Assembly (NCBI GenBank): GCA_023140385.1
Contig: JAGLLT010000026.1
Span: 1 to 33,930, forward strand
Direction of reading: 5' to 3'
Length of the DNA stretch: 33,930 nucleotides
From: Candidatus Omnitrophota bacterium
Lineage (GTDB): Bacteria; Omnitrophota; Gorgyraeia; JAGLLT01
Part shown: positions 7,771 through 16,545 of the stretch, piece after piece
Layout of the letters: each line of letters begins with the position of its first letter
Numbering within the stretch: the first letter of the stretch is position 1
The notes under the pieces: generated by a model
Seen by the model: only the letters and a program-made list of their open reading frames with translations
Database searches by the model: none
What the model was told of the DNA's origin: nothing
Program-made: the position numbers and the translations under genes

Positions 7771-9386
7771 ATAGAAAACTCATAAATCCATCCTGGTTAT
7801 TCGGAATAGGAGCTGTTTGTCTTTTGTGCGGACTGGGGGCCGCGTATATAGAAAATCATTTCAGCAAATTGACTATTTTTATTTCTTTAGCCGGGTTGGT
7901 TAGTATTTTGATTTGTTTTTTTGAGTTAAAAAAGTTTACTCGTGGATCAAAGAGGGCCTTTCAATGGCAAAGATACGGCTTTATCGTGCTTGCGGCCGCG
8001 TCTCTTCTGACCTTTTTGGCGGGAGTTAATTATTTGGCCTATCACTATAATACGCGCTGGGATATAACAAAAGCCAAGCAGCACACCTTGACTCGAAGCA
8101 CTACATCAATTATAAAAGATATCAAACAGGAAGTTAAGGTAATAGCCTTTCATGTAGGGATACCGCCAAAGTACCTGGATGATTTATTTAAAGAGTATGA
8201 GAGACAGTCTAAAGGAAAAATCAAAACCGAAATCATTGATCCTATCGTGCGGATTGGCTATGCCGCCCAATTCGGCAGTGTGATAAGCGGAGAAGAAAGA
8301 AAAGTTATAATTATATCGGGGAGTGAGCGCAGGGACATTGATTTTACAGAGCAGCTGTTATCTGAGGAGCAATTAACTAATGCCATTATGCGGGTGGCGA
8401 GGGATAAGCGCGTTGTTTACTTTTTAACCGGCCATGGTGAATACGACGTTTTTAGCGAGGACGATAATGGTTTAAGCCTTTTAAGGGAAATACTAAGCGC
8501 TAATAATATAGAAACAAAAACAGTAATGTTGGGCATTAAAAATGAAATTCCGGATGACTGTAATATCCTTATCGTTGCCGGCCCTCGAAATCCTCTGACA
8601 GAAGAAGAGGATGAGATTATCAAAGGTTATTTAAAGAAAGGCGGAGATGCCCTTTTTTTAATAGAAAATACTCCTCTTACCTCACCTGATAAACCGCTTA
8701 CAGATGAGGAAAAACGCAAAAATCCTTCCTTGAATAACATTCTGGAATATTGGGGAGTAAGGATAGCTGATGATATTGTTGTAGACTTGTCCAATCATAT
8801 AGGTAAGGATGTAGGATGTCCGGCTACCCGTAATTATCCGCCGCACAAGACTATTGTCAAAAATTTGGACTATACCTTTTATATCCGTCCCCGCTCAATT
8901 TCGGTTTTAGATGATCGGCGTGAATCAGTTAGAGTGGCCCCTTTAGTTTTAACCGCTTCAAAAGAAAGCAGTTGGGGTGAGACCAATAGGACTCTGCATG
9001 TCCAATTTGATGAGGGGGTGGACAGGCCGGGCCCTGTTCCCATTGCGGTTGTTATCTGGGAACCAAGAGGGGAGGGTAAAGTTTCTGATGTCCCTGTGCC
9101 CTTGGAGGCACAGGCGGATACGGATACACGCATCATTGTTTTTACTGACGCGGACTTTTTATCCAACGCTTTTCTAGATAAATACAGTAATGCCGAGATG
9201 GGGCTAAATGCTATCAGTTGGCTTTCGGATTTGGATTACAGGATTTCTATCGACCGTAAGACAATTAAAATCGGTCAGCTTGATTTGACAAGCAAGCAAA
9301 AACGCATAGTAGCTGTTACCCTTTTTGCCATGCCCCTCCTTATCGCCGCCAGCGGCATAATAACCTGGCTCAAGCGGAAGAGTTGA
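7761..9386 (+). CDS. GldG-family ABC transporter auxiliary protein
   Basis: RWDITKAKQHTL, VYFLTGHGE, LIVAGP, DADFLSN motifs; N- and C-terminal TM segments. Confidence 0.85.
   Translation: MALNRKLINPSWLFGIGAVCLLCGLGAAYIENHFSKLTIFISLAGLVSILICFFELKKFTRGSKRAFQWQRYGFIVLAAASLLTFLAGVNYLAYHYNTRWDITKAKQHTLTRSTTSIIKDIKQEVKVIAFHVGIPPKYLDDLFKEYERQSKGKIKTEIIDPIVRIGYAAQFGSVISGEERKVIIISGSERRDIDFTEQLLSEEQLTNAIMRVARDKRVVYFLTGHGEYDVFSEDDNGLSLLREILSANNIETKTVMLGIKNEIPDDCNILIVAGPRNPLTEEEDEIIKGYLKKGGDALFLIENTPLTSPDKPLTDEEKRKNPSLNNILEYWGVRIADDIVVDLSNHIGKDVGCPATRNYPPHKTIVKNLDYTFYIRPRSISVLDDRRESVRVAPLVLTASKESSWGETNRTLHVQFDEGVDRPGPVPIAVVIWEPRGEGKVSDVPVPLEAQADTDTRIIVFTDADFLSNAFLDKYSNAEMGLNAISWLSDLDYRISIDRKTIKIGQLDLTSKQKRIVAVTLFAMPLLIAASGIITWLKRKS
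9093..9126. repeat. in-frame palindromic insertion in the GldG-like gene
   Basis: CCTGTGCC-cttgga-GGCACAGG perfect 8-bp stem followed by CGGATA x2. Confidence 0.55.
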
Positions 9387-9417
9387 AGCATCAACATTTC
9401 AAATTTGCTATAACCTC

Positions 9418-9446
9418 TTGACGTGAAGTTGTTTTTATAGTAATCT
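9418..9446 (+). promoter_or_regulatory. sigma70-type promoter upstream of the TauE gene
   Basis: TTGACG (9418-9423), 17 bp, TAATCT (9441-9446). Confidence 0.55.
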
Positions 9447-9476
9447 AATGTTTGATAAGAGTGGGGGGAGGTTGTT

Positions 9477-9836
9477 TTGGGTAGTTATCTTTTTGTTGTG
9501 GTGGGGTTGGTAGCTGGGATATTGAGCGGGCTTTTGGGTATTGGGGGCGGGATTGTTATGGTGCCCGCGTTGATTTACTTTTTTGGGTTTAGCCAGCATG
9601 GAGCCCAGGGGACTACTCTTGCCGCGATGATACTTCCTATAGGATTGCTCGCCGCTTTAAAGTATTATTCTCACGGACACGTTAGTATAGCTGTGGCTAT
9701 GTTTATTGCTATGGGGTTTTTTGTGGGCGGTTTTATAGGCGCTAGTTTTGTGGAGCGCGTTCCCGATGTTATGCTGAAAAGAATATTCGGGTTGTTTATG
9801 TTGGCTGTTTCTGTAAAGATGATTTTTGGGAAATGA
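9477..9836 (+). CDS. TauE/SafE (TSUP) family membrane protein, single-repeat form
   Basis: GLLGIGGGIVMVPAL and AQGTTL motifs; about 4 TM segments; TTG start after GGAGG. Confidence 0.85.
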   Translation: MGSYLFVVVGLVAGILSGLLGIGGGIVMVPALIYFFGFSQHGAQGTTLAAMILPIGLLAALKYYSHGHVSIAVAMFIAMGFFVGGFIGASFVERVPDVMLKRIFGLFMLAVSVKMIFGK

Positions 9837-9839
9837 GAT

Positions 9840-9906
9840 ATCCCCCCTTGTTTTCTTGGAAAACACGCAGGGGGGATCAATTCGTCCCGCCGCTGCGGGA
9901 CTCATT
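9840..9906. repeat. intergenic double-hairpin REP-like element
   Basis: ATCCCCCC/GGGGGGAT with inner TGTTTTC/GAAAACA, then AATTCG, GTCCCGC/GCGGGAC hairpin, CTCATT. Confidence 0.7.
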
Positions 9907-9918
9907 GAGGAGAAAAGA

Positions 9919-10332
9919 ATGATTTTTAAGGGGATGCTTAGGAAGAAGGGGGTTTATTTTTTTATGTTTGGGGCGGCTTTGGTTTTGGGGTGTTTGCCGG
10001 TGAATGCTTTTGCTATGCCGGTTGATTCTGTATCCGGCGGGGCGGGTTTGTCCGCGGCTCACCGGAGCGATTTGGAGACGATTACTAAATTTCTTGAGGA
10101 AGAGGCGGTGGTTGAGAAGCTGGCGAAGTTGGGATTGTCGGCGAATGAGATTGAAAGTAGGCTTGATACTATGGATGAGTATCAGGTTCACAAACTGGCG
10201 GGGAAGATTGATTCTGTCCAGAAGGCGGGTAGTGGGACGGGGCTGGTTATTGGGCTTTTAATATGTCTTCTTATTTTTATTGGATTTTTATATGTTACAG
10301 ACCGCAGTGTTAAGATAGAAAAAAACAGTTAA
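9919..10332 (+). CDS. PA2779-like exported/membrane protein
   Basis: signal peptide ending AFA; LAKLGLSANEIESRLDTM...KAG followed by a C-terminal TM helix; adjacent to a C39 peptidase gene. Start moved to ATG 9919 (GAGGAG at 9907-9912). Confidence 0.7.
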   Translation: MIFKGMLRKKGVYFFMFGAALVLGCLPVNAFAMPVDSVSGGAGLSAAHRSDLETITKFLEEEAVVEKLAKLGLSANEIESRLDTMDEYQVHKLAGKIDSVQKAGSGTGLVIGLLICLLIFIGFLYVTDRSVKIEKNS

Positions 10333-10339
10333 GAAAATT

Positions 10340-11407
10340 GTGAAGCCTGCTTTTCGAGTTTATTTCAGCGCGCTGTTATGTATGATTGTTTTGTGCGGCT
10401 GTACCGCTTATAATTTCGCGATTATTAAAGGTGATTTAGATAGCGATAAAGATGAAGGCCATTATATTGATGGCCTTCTTTTTTTTGAGCAGAAGAAGAA
10501 TTGGTGCGGCCCGGCGGCGCTGGCCGGCGTCCTGCGTTTTTGGAAAAATGAAGTATCGCAGGATGAAGTAGCCCATTCGATATATCTTAGCGGCATAAAA
10601 GGAACCCTTACCTTTGATTTGGAGAATTTTGCTTTTGAAAGAGGATACTTTGCCCAAAGCCGCGAAGCTGACCTGTATGAATTGGGCGATAGAATCAGAG
10701 AGGGCATTCCGGTTATCGTAATGCAGCGGATCCTGCCTTTGATTAAGAAGTATCATTATCTGGTTGTTTTTGGTTATGATGACAGCAAGGAAGTTGTCCT
10801 TGTTTATTCGGGAAAGGAAGAGCCGGAGCTTATATCTTATTCCGCCTTTAGCAGAAAGTGGCGGGGCGCCGGTAACTGGATGCTGGTAGTCTGCCCGCCG
10901 GAAAAGGTTGGCTGGGAGGTTGACGCCTATCACTTGAACAGGTTAGGCCTTTTGTATGAGAAAAGCGGGGAGCCGGATAAGGCCAGGGCTTATTATCAAA
11001 AGGCGGGCGATGAAGAAAAGGACAACCCCGCTTATCCCTTTAATCTGGCTAACACCTACCTTCTTGAGAATAATTATCAAAGGGCTATATCTTTTTATGA
11101 GGCGGCGCTCGTCAGGGATGATAAATATGCCGACGCTTATAATAACCTGGCTTACTGTTTGTCTGAAAGCGGAGGCGATTTGGATAAGGCCGAAGAGTAT
11201 GCTCTTCGCGCTTTAGAGCTTAATCCGAAAAACAGGCCGTATTATCTGGATACGCTGGGAAGTGTTTATCTGAAAAAAGGGAAGGCTGAAGAAGCGGTAT
11301 CCTGCTTTAAGGAAGCCCTGTCCTTTAAAGAAACACTTAGCAAAAAGGCCCTCAGGCAAATAGAGGAACGCTTGGACGCGGGAGAGAGTCTAATAAAGGG
11401 CCACTGA
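10340..11407 (+). CDS. C39-like cysteine peptidase lipoprotein with C-terminal TPR repeats (PA2778-like)
   Basis: lipobox LCGC; Q...WCGPAAL nucleophile; HYLVVFGYD catalytic His; TPR repeats (AYNNLAY, YLDTLGSVY). Confidence 0.8.
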   Translation: MKPAFRVYFSALLCMIVLCGCTAYNFAIIKGDLDSDKDEGHYIDGLLFFEQKKNWCGPAALAGVLRFWKNEVSQDEVAHSIYLSGIKGTLTFDLENFAFERGYFAQSREADLYELGDRIREGIPVIVMQRILPLIKKYHYLVVFGYDDSKEVVLVYSGKEEPELISYSAFSRKWRGAGNWMLVVCPPEKVGWEVDAYHLNRLGLLYEKSGEPDKARAYYQKAGDEEKDNPAYPFNLANTYLLENNYQRAISFYEAALVRDDKYADAYNNLAYCLSESGGDLDKAEEYALRALELNPKNRPYYLDTLGSVYLKKGKAEEAVSCFKEALSFKETLSKKALRQIEERLDAGESLIKGH

Positions 11408-11413
11408 ATATGA

Positions 11414-11442
11414 TTGACGCGTTTATTTTTATTTGTTAAGAT
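11414..11442 (+). promoter_or_regulatory. sigma70-type promoter of the pur operon
   Basis: TTGACG (11414-11419), 17 bp, TGt-TAAGAT (11437-11442). Confidence 0.7.
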
Positions 11443-11484
11443 GTAGTTGTTTTTAAATGAAGTCCAAGTATACGAGGTAAGCCA

Positions 11485-12780
11485 ATGATAAAAAGATATT
11501 CGCGAAAGATAATGCGGGATGTTTGGAGCGAGGATAACAAGCTTCAGAAGATGCTCGAGGTGGAACTGGCGGTCTGCGAGGTTCTGTCAGAAAAGAAGAT
11601 CATACCTAAAAAAGATTTCCTTACCATAAAGAAAAAAGCTAAATTTAACGCTGTAAAGATTAAAGAACTGGAGAAGATTACCAGGCATGATGTGGCGGCC
11701 TTTGTGAATAATGTCTCGTCTTATGTGGGCGCGGCGGGTAAGTATATCCACTGGGGGCTTACTTCTACCGATGTAGTTGATTCGGGACAGGCCGTACAGC
11801 TTAGAGAAACTGTAGATATACTGATAAATGATTTAAAAGGCCTTATGAGGGTTTTGAAGAAAAAGGCCGTAAAGTATAAAAATACGATTTGTGTCGGAAG
11901 AACGCACGGCATACATGCCGAACCGACAACCTTTGGCCTTAAGATGGCTCTTTATTATGAGGAGGCTAAGCGTAACCTTAAACGCCTCAACGACGCCAGA
12001 GATATTATTAATGTGGGCAAGATATCCGGCTCTGTTGGAACCTTTTCACACTTAGGCCCCGAGGTGCAGGATAAGGCCTTGAAAAAGCTGGGTTTGAAGG
12101 CCGCGGCTATTTCGACCCAGGTTTTACAAAGAGACAGGCACGCTCAATACATTTCAACACTGGCCATAGTTGGCGCTTCATTAGAGAAGATAGCCCTTGA
12201 GGTACGTAATCTGCAGAGGACTGATGTTTTGGAGGCGGAGGAGTATTTTTCAAAAGGCCAGAAGGGTTCTTCTTCTATGCCGCATAAAAGAAATCCTGTG
12301 CGAAGTGAAAGGGTCTGCGGGTTGGCCAGGGTATTGAGAGGTTATGTGGGTGTAGCACTTGATAATGTTGCCCTATGGCACGAAAGAGATATAAGCCACT
12401 CATCGGCTGAAAGGATTATTCTACCTGATGCCGCTATGCTGCTTGACTATTTACTCTCTGAGATGACTTATATCGTGGACAACTTAATTGTTTATCCCGA
12501 TAAGATGATATTCAACCTTGAGAAAGTACAGGGGCTGATATTTTCTCAAAGGCTGATGCTCTATCTTATCCAGGAAAAAGGCCTTACCAGAAAGACAGCT
12601 TACGACCTGATACAAAAATCAGCTCTATACGCCTGGGAAAAGAAGGTACCCTTTAAGGATGTCCTATTGAAAGATAAAAAGTTTTTATCCTACGTCGGAC
12701 CTAAGGAGATAGATAAGTTTTTTGATTATAAGTACTACTTAAGGTATGTTGATAAGATATATAAAAGAGTGGGAATTTAA
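11485..12780 (+). CDS. purB: adenylosuccinate lyase
   Basis: TRHDV, GRTHGIHAEPTT, GSSSMPHKRNP, WHERDISHSS. Confidence 0.97.
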   Translation: MIKRYSRKIMRDVWSEDNKLQKMLEVELAVCEVLSEKKIIPKKDFLTIKKKAKFNAVKIKELEKITRHDVAAFVNNVSSYVGAAGKYIHWGLTSTDVVDSGQAVQLRETVDILINDLKGLMRVLKKKAVKYKNTICVGRTHGIHAEPTTFGLKMALYYEEAKRNLKRLNDARDIINVGKISGSVGTFSHLGPEVQDKALKKLGLKAAAISTQVLQRDRHAQYISTLAIVGASLEKIALEVRNLQRTDVLEAEEYFSKGQKGSSSMPHKRNPVRSERVCGLARVLRGYVGVALDNVALWHERDISHSSAERIILPDAAMLLDYLLSEMTYIVDNLIVYPDKMIFNLEKVQGLIFSQRLMLYLIQEKGLTRKTAYDLIQKSALYAWEKKVPFKDVLLKDKKFLSYVGPKEIDKFFDYKYYLRYVDKIYKRVGI

Positions 12781-12798
12781 AGGATAGAAGGTACATAT

Positions 12799-15687
12799 AT
12801 GTTTTGGAGAGTTGAGGTAGAGAATAAATTGGGTGTTTTTGACGCGGCGGGTGACGCGGCTAAAAAGGATATTAAAGACCTGAGGATTGAGGGGGTAAAA
12901 GAGGTCAGGGTAAAGCAGGTCTATGTCCTTTACGGAGATCTAAAAGAAAGCGATGTAAAGAGCATCGTGGATAATATCCTGGTTGACAAGATTATTCAGG
13001 AGTATAAGTATTATAATCAATCGGATATCGAAAAAGGTGTTATTGAAGGCGGAGTAAAGGTGGTTGAGGTTGCCCAAAATGCGGGGGTTATGGATCCCTG
13101 GGAGGCCAGTATAAAAAAGGCTGTAGCTGATTTGGGCATTGAGCGGCTTGAAGATGTAAAGACCGCCAAGCAGTATCTTATTAAAGGCGACATAGACACA
13201 AAGCAGGCCAGGCATATTGCCGAGAAGGCCTTTTTTAACAAGCTTATTCAGCATATCCGCGTAAATAAAGAAATCTACTCAAAAGAACCCTATCTTAAAA
13301 AAGAGTTGCCCAAATATAAGTTCAGCCTTATCGAAATCAATCTCCTTGATGCTGATAATGAGAAGCTAATGGAGATTTCTAAAAGCGGCCAGTTATTTTT
13401 GAATCTGGTTGAGATGCGGGAAATCCAGAAATATTTCAGAAACTTAGGCAGAAAACCCACTGACTGTGAGCTTGAGACTATAGCCCAAACCTGGTCTGAG
13501 CACTGCTCTCATAAGACGTTTAAAGGGTTAATTGAATATGAGGGTAAGGTTATTGACGACCTGCTTAAGTCCACCGTTATGCGGGCGACTGCTGTTTTGA
13601 ATAAGGATTGGTGCGTTTCTGTTTTTAAGGACAATTCGGGGATAATTGAATTTGATGATGAGTGCAATGTCTGTTTTAAGGTTGAGACGCATAATCATCC
13701 GTCCGCTTTAGAGCCCTATGGAGGCGCTTCAACCGGTATTGGAGGGGTGATAAGAGACCCCCTAGGTACCGGCCTGGGAGCCAGGCCCATAGCTAATACG
13801 GATGTTTTTTGTTTTGGCCCGCCGGATTATCCTTTTGAAAAGCTTCCCAAGGGTACGCTTCATCCAAAAAGAGTTATGAAAAGAGTTGTTTCCGGTGTTA
13901 GAGACTACGGTAATAGAATGGGCATACCCACGGTAAACGGGGCCGTCTATTTTAATGAGGGTTATGTCGGAAATCCGCTTGTCTATTGCGGCAACATCGG
14001 TATTATGCCCAGGGATAAATGTTTTGATAAAGTAGATACCGGAGACCTTGTGGTTGTTGTGGGCGGTAAGACGGGAAGAGACGGCATTCATGGCGCCACC
14101 TTCTCGTCCGGCGAGCTGACTCATGAGTCGGAGGAGGTTTCAAGCTCCGCTGTTCAAATCGGAAATGCCATAACCGAAAAGAAGATGGCCGATGTTATTA
14201 TAAAGGCCCGCGATAAAAATTTATATAAAGCTATCACAGACTGCGGCGCCGGAGGGTTATCGTCAGCTATAGGGGAGACAGGTGAGGAAACAGGCGCCAG
14301 AATTGACCTCGAAAAGGTTCCCCTGAAGTATCATGGGCTTAATTATTCGGAGATATGGATATCCGAGTCTCAGGAAAGGATGGTGCTGGCGGTTGACAGG
14401 AGTAAGGCGGACGCGCTCTTAAACCTTTTTGCTTCAGAGGACGTTGAAGCCGTTGTTATCGGAGAATATACCGATACTAAGAAGTTAGAGCTTTTCTACG
14501 ACGGTAATAAGGTCTGCGAGCTGGATATGCAGTTTTTGCACAAAGGGCTTCCGAGAGTTAAAAATAAGGCTGTCTGGAGAAGGCCTGACGCGAAAGAGCC
14601 TTCATTAAAAGAAAAAGATGATTATACGGATACTCTGCGAAAGATATTGTCGACCTATGATGTATGCAGTAAAGAGTGGATTATCAGGCAGTATGACCAT
14701 GAAGTTCAGGGGCAGACTGTCTTGAAGCCTTTAGGCGGGAAGGATAACGACTCGCCCAATGACGCCGCCTGCATAAAACCGCGCTATGATTCTAAAAGAG
14801 GACTGCTTATTTCCTGCGGGATAAACCCCTACTTCGGTATGATTGACCCCTACTGGATGGCGGTTAATGTTATTGATGAGGCCTTGAGGCAGATAGTTGC
14901 CTCCGGTGGTAATTTGGAGAGGGTTGCTATACTGGATAATTTCTGCTGGGGTTCTCCCGAAAAGGAGGAGCAGATGGGTTCGTTGGTCAGAGCGTCAATT
15001 GGTTGTTATGACGCGGCCGTGGGCTATGGGACTCCTTTTATCTCGGGGAAGGATAGTTTAAATAATGAGTACAATGAACATGGTAAAACAGTATCTATCC
15101 CGGGGACACTTCTGATATCGGCTATGGGTGTAATGGAGGATAGTACTAAAACTATATCGGCTGACTTTAAAGAAGCGGGCAGTCTTATTTATGTGGTTGG
15201 ATTGACTAAGGATGAACTTGGAGCTTCCGCGCTCTACAGGTTAAAAGGCCAAATGGGGGCCAATGTCCCTACGGGCAGTATAAAAGATAATAAAAAACTG
15301 ATGGACGCTCTTTCCGGGGCCGCGGCAAAAGGCCTTGTTAGAAGCTGTCATGACTGTTCCGAGGGCGGCCTGGCAGTTTGCCTGGCTGAGATGGCCTTCG
15401 CGGGAGGTTTGGGAGCGGACGTTAACCTGAAAGATGTAGTAATTAATATGGAAAAGCCGCTTGACTATAAAATACTCTTTTCAGAGTCAATGTCTCGATT
15501 TATAGTAGAAGTTTTACCGGATAAAAAAGATGATTTTGAGAAGGTTTTAAAAGATATGCCGTTTAACCGAATAGGTGAGGTTAAGGATGATAAGCAAGTG
15601 AAGGTTAAAGGTTTAAGCGGTAAAACGATTATTAAAGCTGATATAAATGAGCTCAAAGAAAGTTGGCAGAAACCTTTAAGGTGGTAA
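12799..15687 (+). CDS. purL: FGAM synthase subunit PurL with N-terminal tandem PurS-like domains
   Basis: WSEHCSHK, KVETHNHP, GRDGIHGATF, DCGAGG, SESQERM, SGKDSL; no glutaminase domain. Confidence 0.95.
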   Translation: MFWRVEVENKLGVFDAAGDAAKKDIKDLRIEGVKEVRVKQVYVLYGDLKESDVKSIVDNILVDKIIQEYKYYNQSDIEKGVIEGGVKVVEVAQNAGVMDPWEASIKKAVADLGIERLEDVKTAKQYLIKGDIDTKQARHIAEKAFFNKLIQHIRVNKEIYSKEPYLKKELPKYKFSLIEINLLDADNEKLMEISKSGQLFLNLVEMREIQKYFRNLGRKPTDCELETIAQTWSEHCSHKTFKGLIEYEGKVIDDLLKSTVMRATAVLNKDWCVSVFKDNSGIIEFDDECNVCFKVETHNHPSALEPYGGASTGIGGVIRDPLGTGLGARPIANTDVFCFGPPDYPFEKLPKGTLHPKRVMKRVVSGVRDYGNRMGIPTVNGAVYFNEGYVGNPLVYCGNIGIMPRDKCFDKVDTGDLVVVVGGKTGRDGIHGATFSSGELTHESEEVSSSAVQIGNAITEKKMADVIIKARDKNLYKAITDCGAGGLSSAIGETGEETGARIDLEKVPLKYHGLNYSEIWISESQERMVLAVDRSKADALLNLFASEDVEAVVIGEYTDTKKLELFYDGNKVCELDMQFLHKGLPRVKNKAVWRRPDAKEPSLKEKDDYTDTLRKILSTYDVCSKEWIIRQYDHEVQGQTVLKPLGGKDNDSPNDAACIKPRYDSKRGLLISCGINPYFGMIDPYWMAVNVIDEALRQIVASGGNLERVAILDNFCWGSPEKEEQMGSLVRASIGCYDAAVGYGTPFISGKDSLNNEYNEHGKTVSIPGTLLISAMGVMEDSTKTISADFKEAGSLIYVVGLTKDELGASALYRLKGQMGANVPTGSIKDNKKLMDALSGAAAKGLVRSCHDCSEGGLAVCLAEMAFAGGLGADVNLKDVVINMEKPLDYKILFSESMSRFIVEVLPDKKDDFEKVLKDMPFNRIGEVKDDKQVKVKGLSGKTIIKADINELKESWQKPLRW

Positions 15688-15690
15688 ATA

Positions 15691-16545
15691 ATGGTTAAAG
15701 TAATAGTGCTTCGCGCGGCGGGGACAAACTGTGATAGAGAGACAGCTGATGCTTTTAGAAGGCAGTCGGCGGAGGTGGATGTAGTCCACATAAATGAGCT
15801 GAAGTCGAAGAAGAAGAAACTATCTTCTTATCATATTCTGGCTATACCCGGCGGTTTTACATATGGTGATGATATAGCCTCGGGCAGAATTCTTGGCAAT
15901 GAGCTAAAGTTTAACTTAAAAGACGACCTTTTGAAGTTTGTTAATGAGGGCAAGCTTATCATCGGTATCTGTAACGGTTTTCAGGTGTTGGTAAAATCAG
16001 GACTGCTGCCTGACGCGGAAACCTTTTCTCAAACTACTACCCTGAGCCTTAATGATAGTAATAAATTTGAAGATAGGTGGGTGCATTTGAAGAAACCAGA
16101 AGCCACCTGCCTACCGGCAGGCAGGGAAACCAGAAACCAGAAATCAGAATGCTCCTCCTGCGTCAAGACTACGGAGGGCAAAGCGCAGGGCGCAGGTAAA
16201 TGTGTGTGGACGGAGGGTATTGACAGTATCTATTTACCTATAGCTCATGCTGAGGGTAAGTTTATAGCTGATAAAGAGGTTCTAAAAGAGTTAAAAAATA
16301 ATAACCAGATTGTTTTTCAGTATGACCCCTACAACCCCAACGGTTCTTTAGAAAATATTGCCGGTATTTGCGATAAGACCGGCAGGATATTCGGCTTGAT
16401 GCCGCATCCGGAAAGATTCTTAACTCCCAATCATCATCCGTCCGGCACCAGAGCAAAAGGGGATAAAACAATAAACGGAAATATTATATTTAAAAACGCG
16501 GTTTCATATGTTAAATGTAAATTGCTTAAAAGCGGAGTATCTTAA
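15691..16545 (+). CDS. purQ: FGAM synthase glutaminase subunit PurQ, with a ~30-aa repeat-derived insertion
   Basis: GTNCD, PGGFTYGD, GICNGFQ, AHAEG, NPNGS, MPHPER. Confidence 0.95.
   Translation: MVKVIVLRAAGTNCDRETADAFRRQSAEVDVVHINELKSKKKKLSSYHILAIPGGFTYGDDIASGRILGNELKFNLKDDLLKFVNEGKLIIGICNGFQVLVKSGLLPDAETFSQTTTLSLNDSNKFEDRWVHLKKPEATCLPAGRETRNQKSECSSCVKTTEGKAQGAGKCVWTEGIDSIYLPIAHAEGKFIADKEVLKELKNNNQIVFQYDPYNPNGSLENIAGICDKTGRIFGLMPHPERFLTPNHHPSGTRAKGDKTINGNIIFKNAVSYVKCKLLKSGVS
16091..16196. repeat. in-frame composite insertion of two palindromes and heptamer tandem repeats
   Basis: AGAAACC-like heptamers flank CCTGCCTACCGGCAGGCAGG (16106-16125); then hairpin CCTCC-tgc-GTC-aa-GAC-tac-GGAGG; then GCGCAGG x2 (16183-16196). 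Confidence 0.8.

Noticed and set aside
9826..9918. N-terminal extension of the PA2779-like ORF in the track
   Set aside because: It is translated palindromic element; a good SD and signal peptide support ATG 9919.
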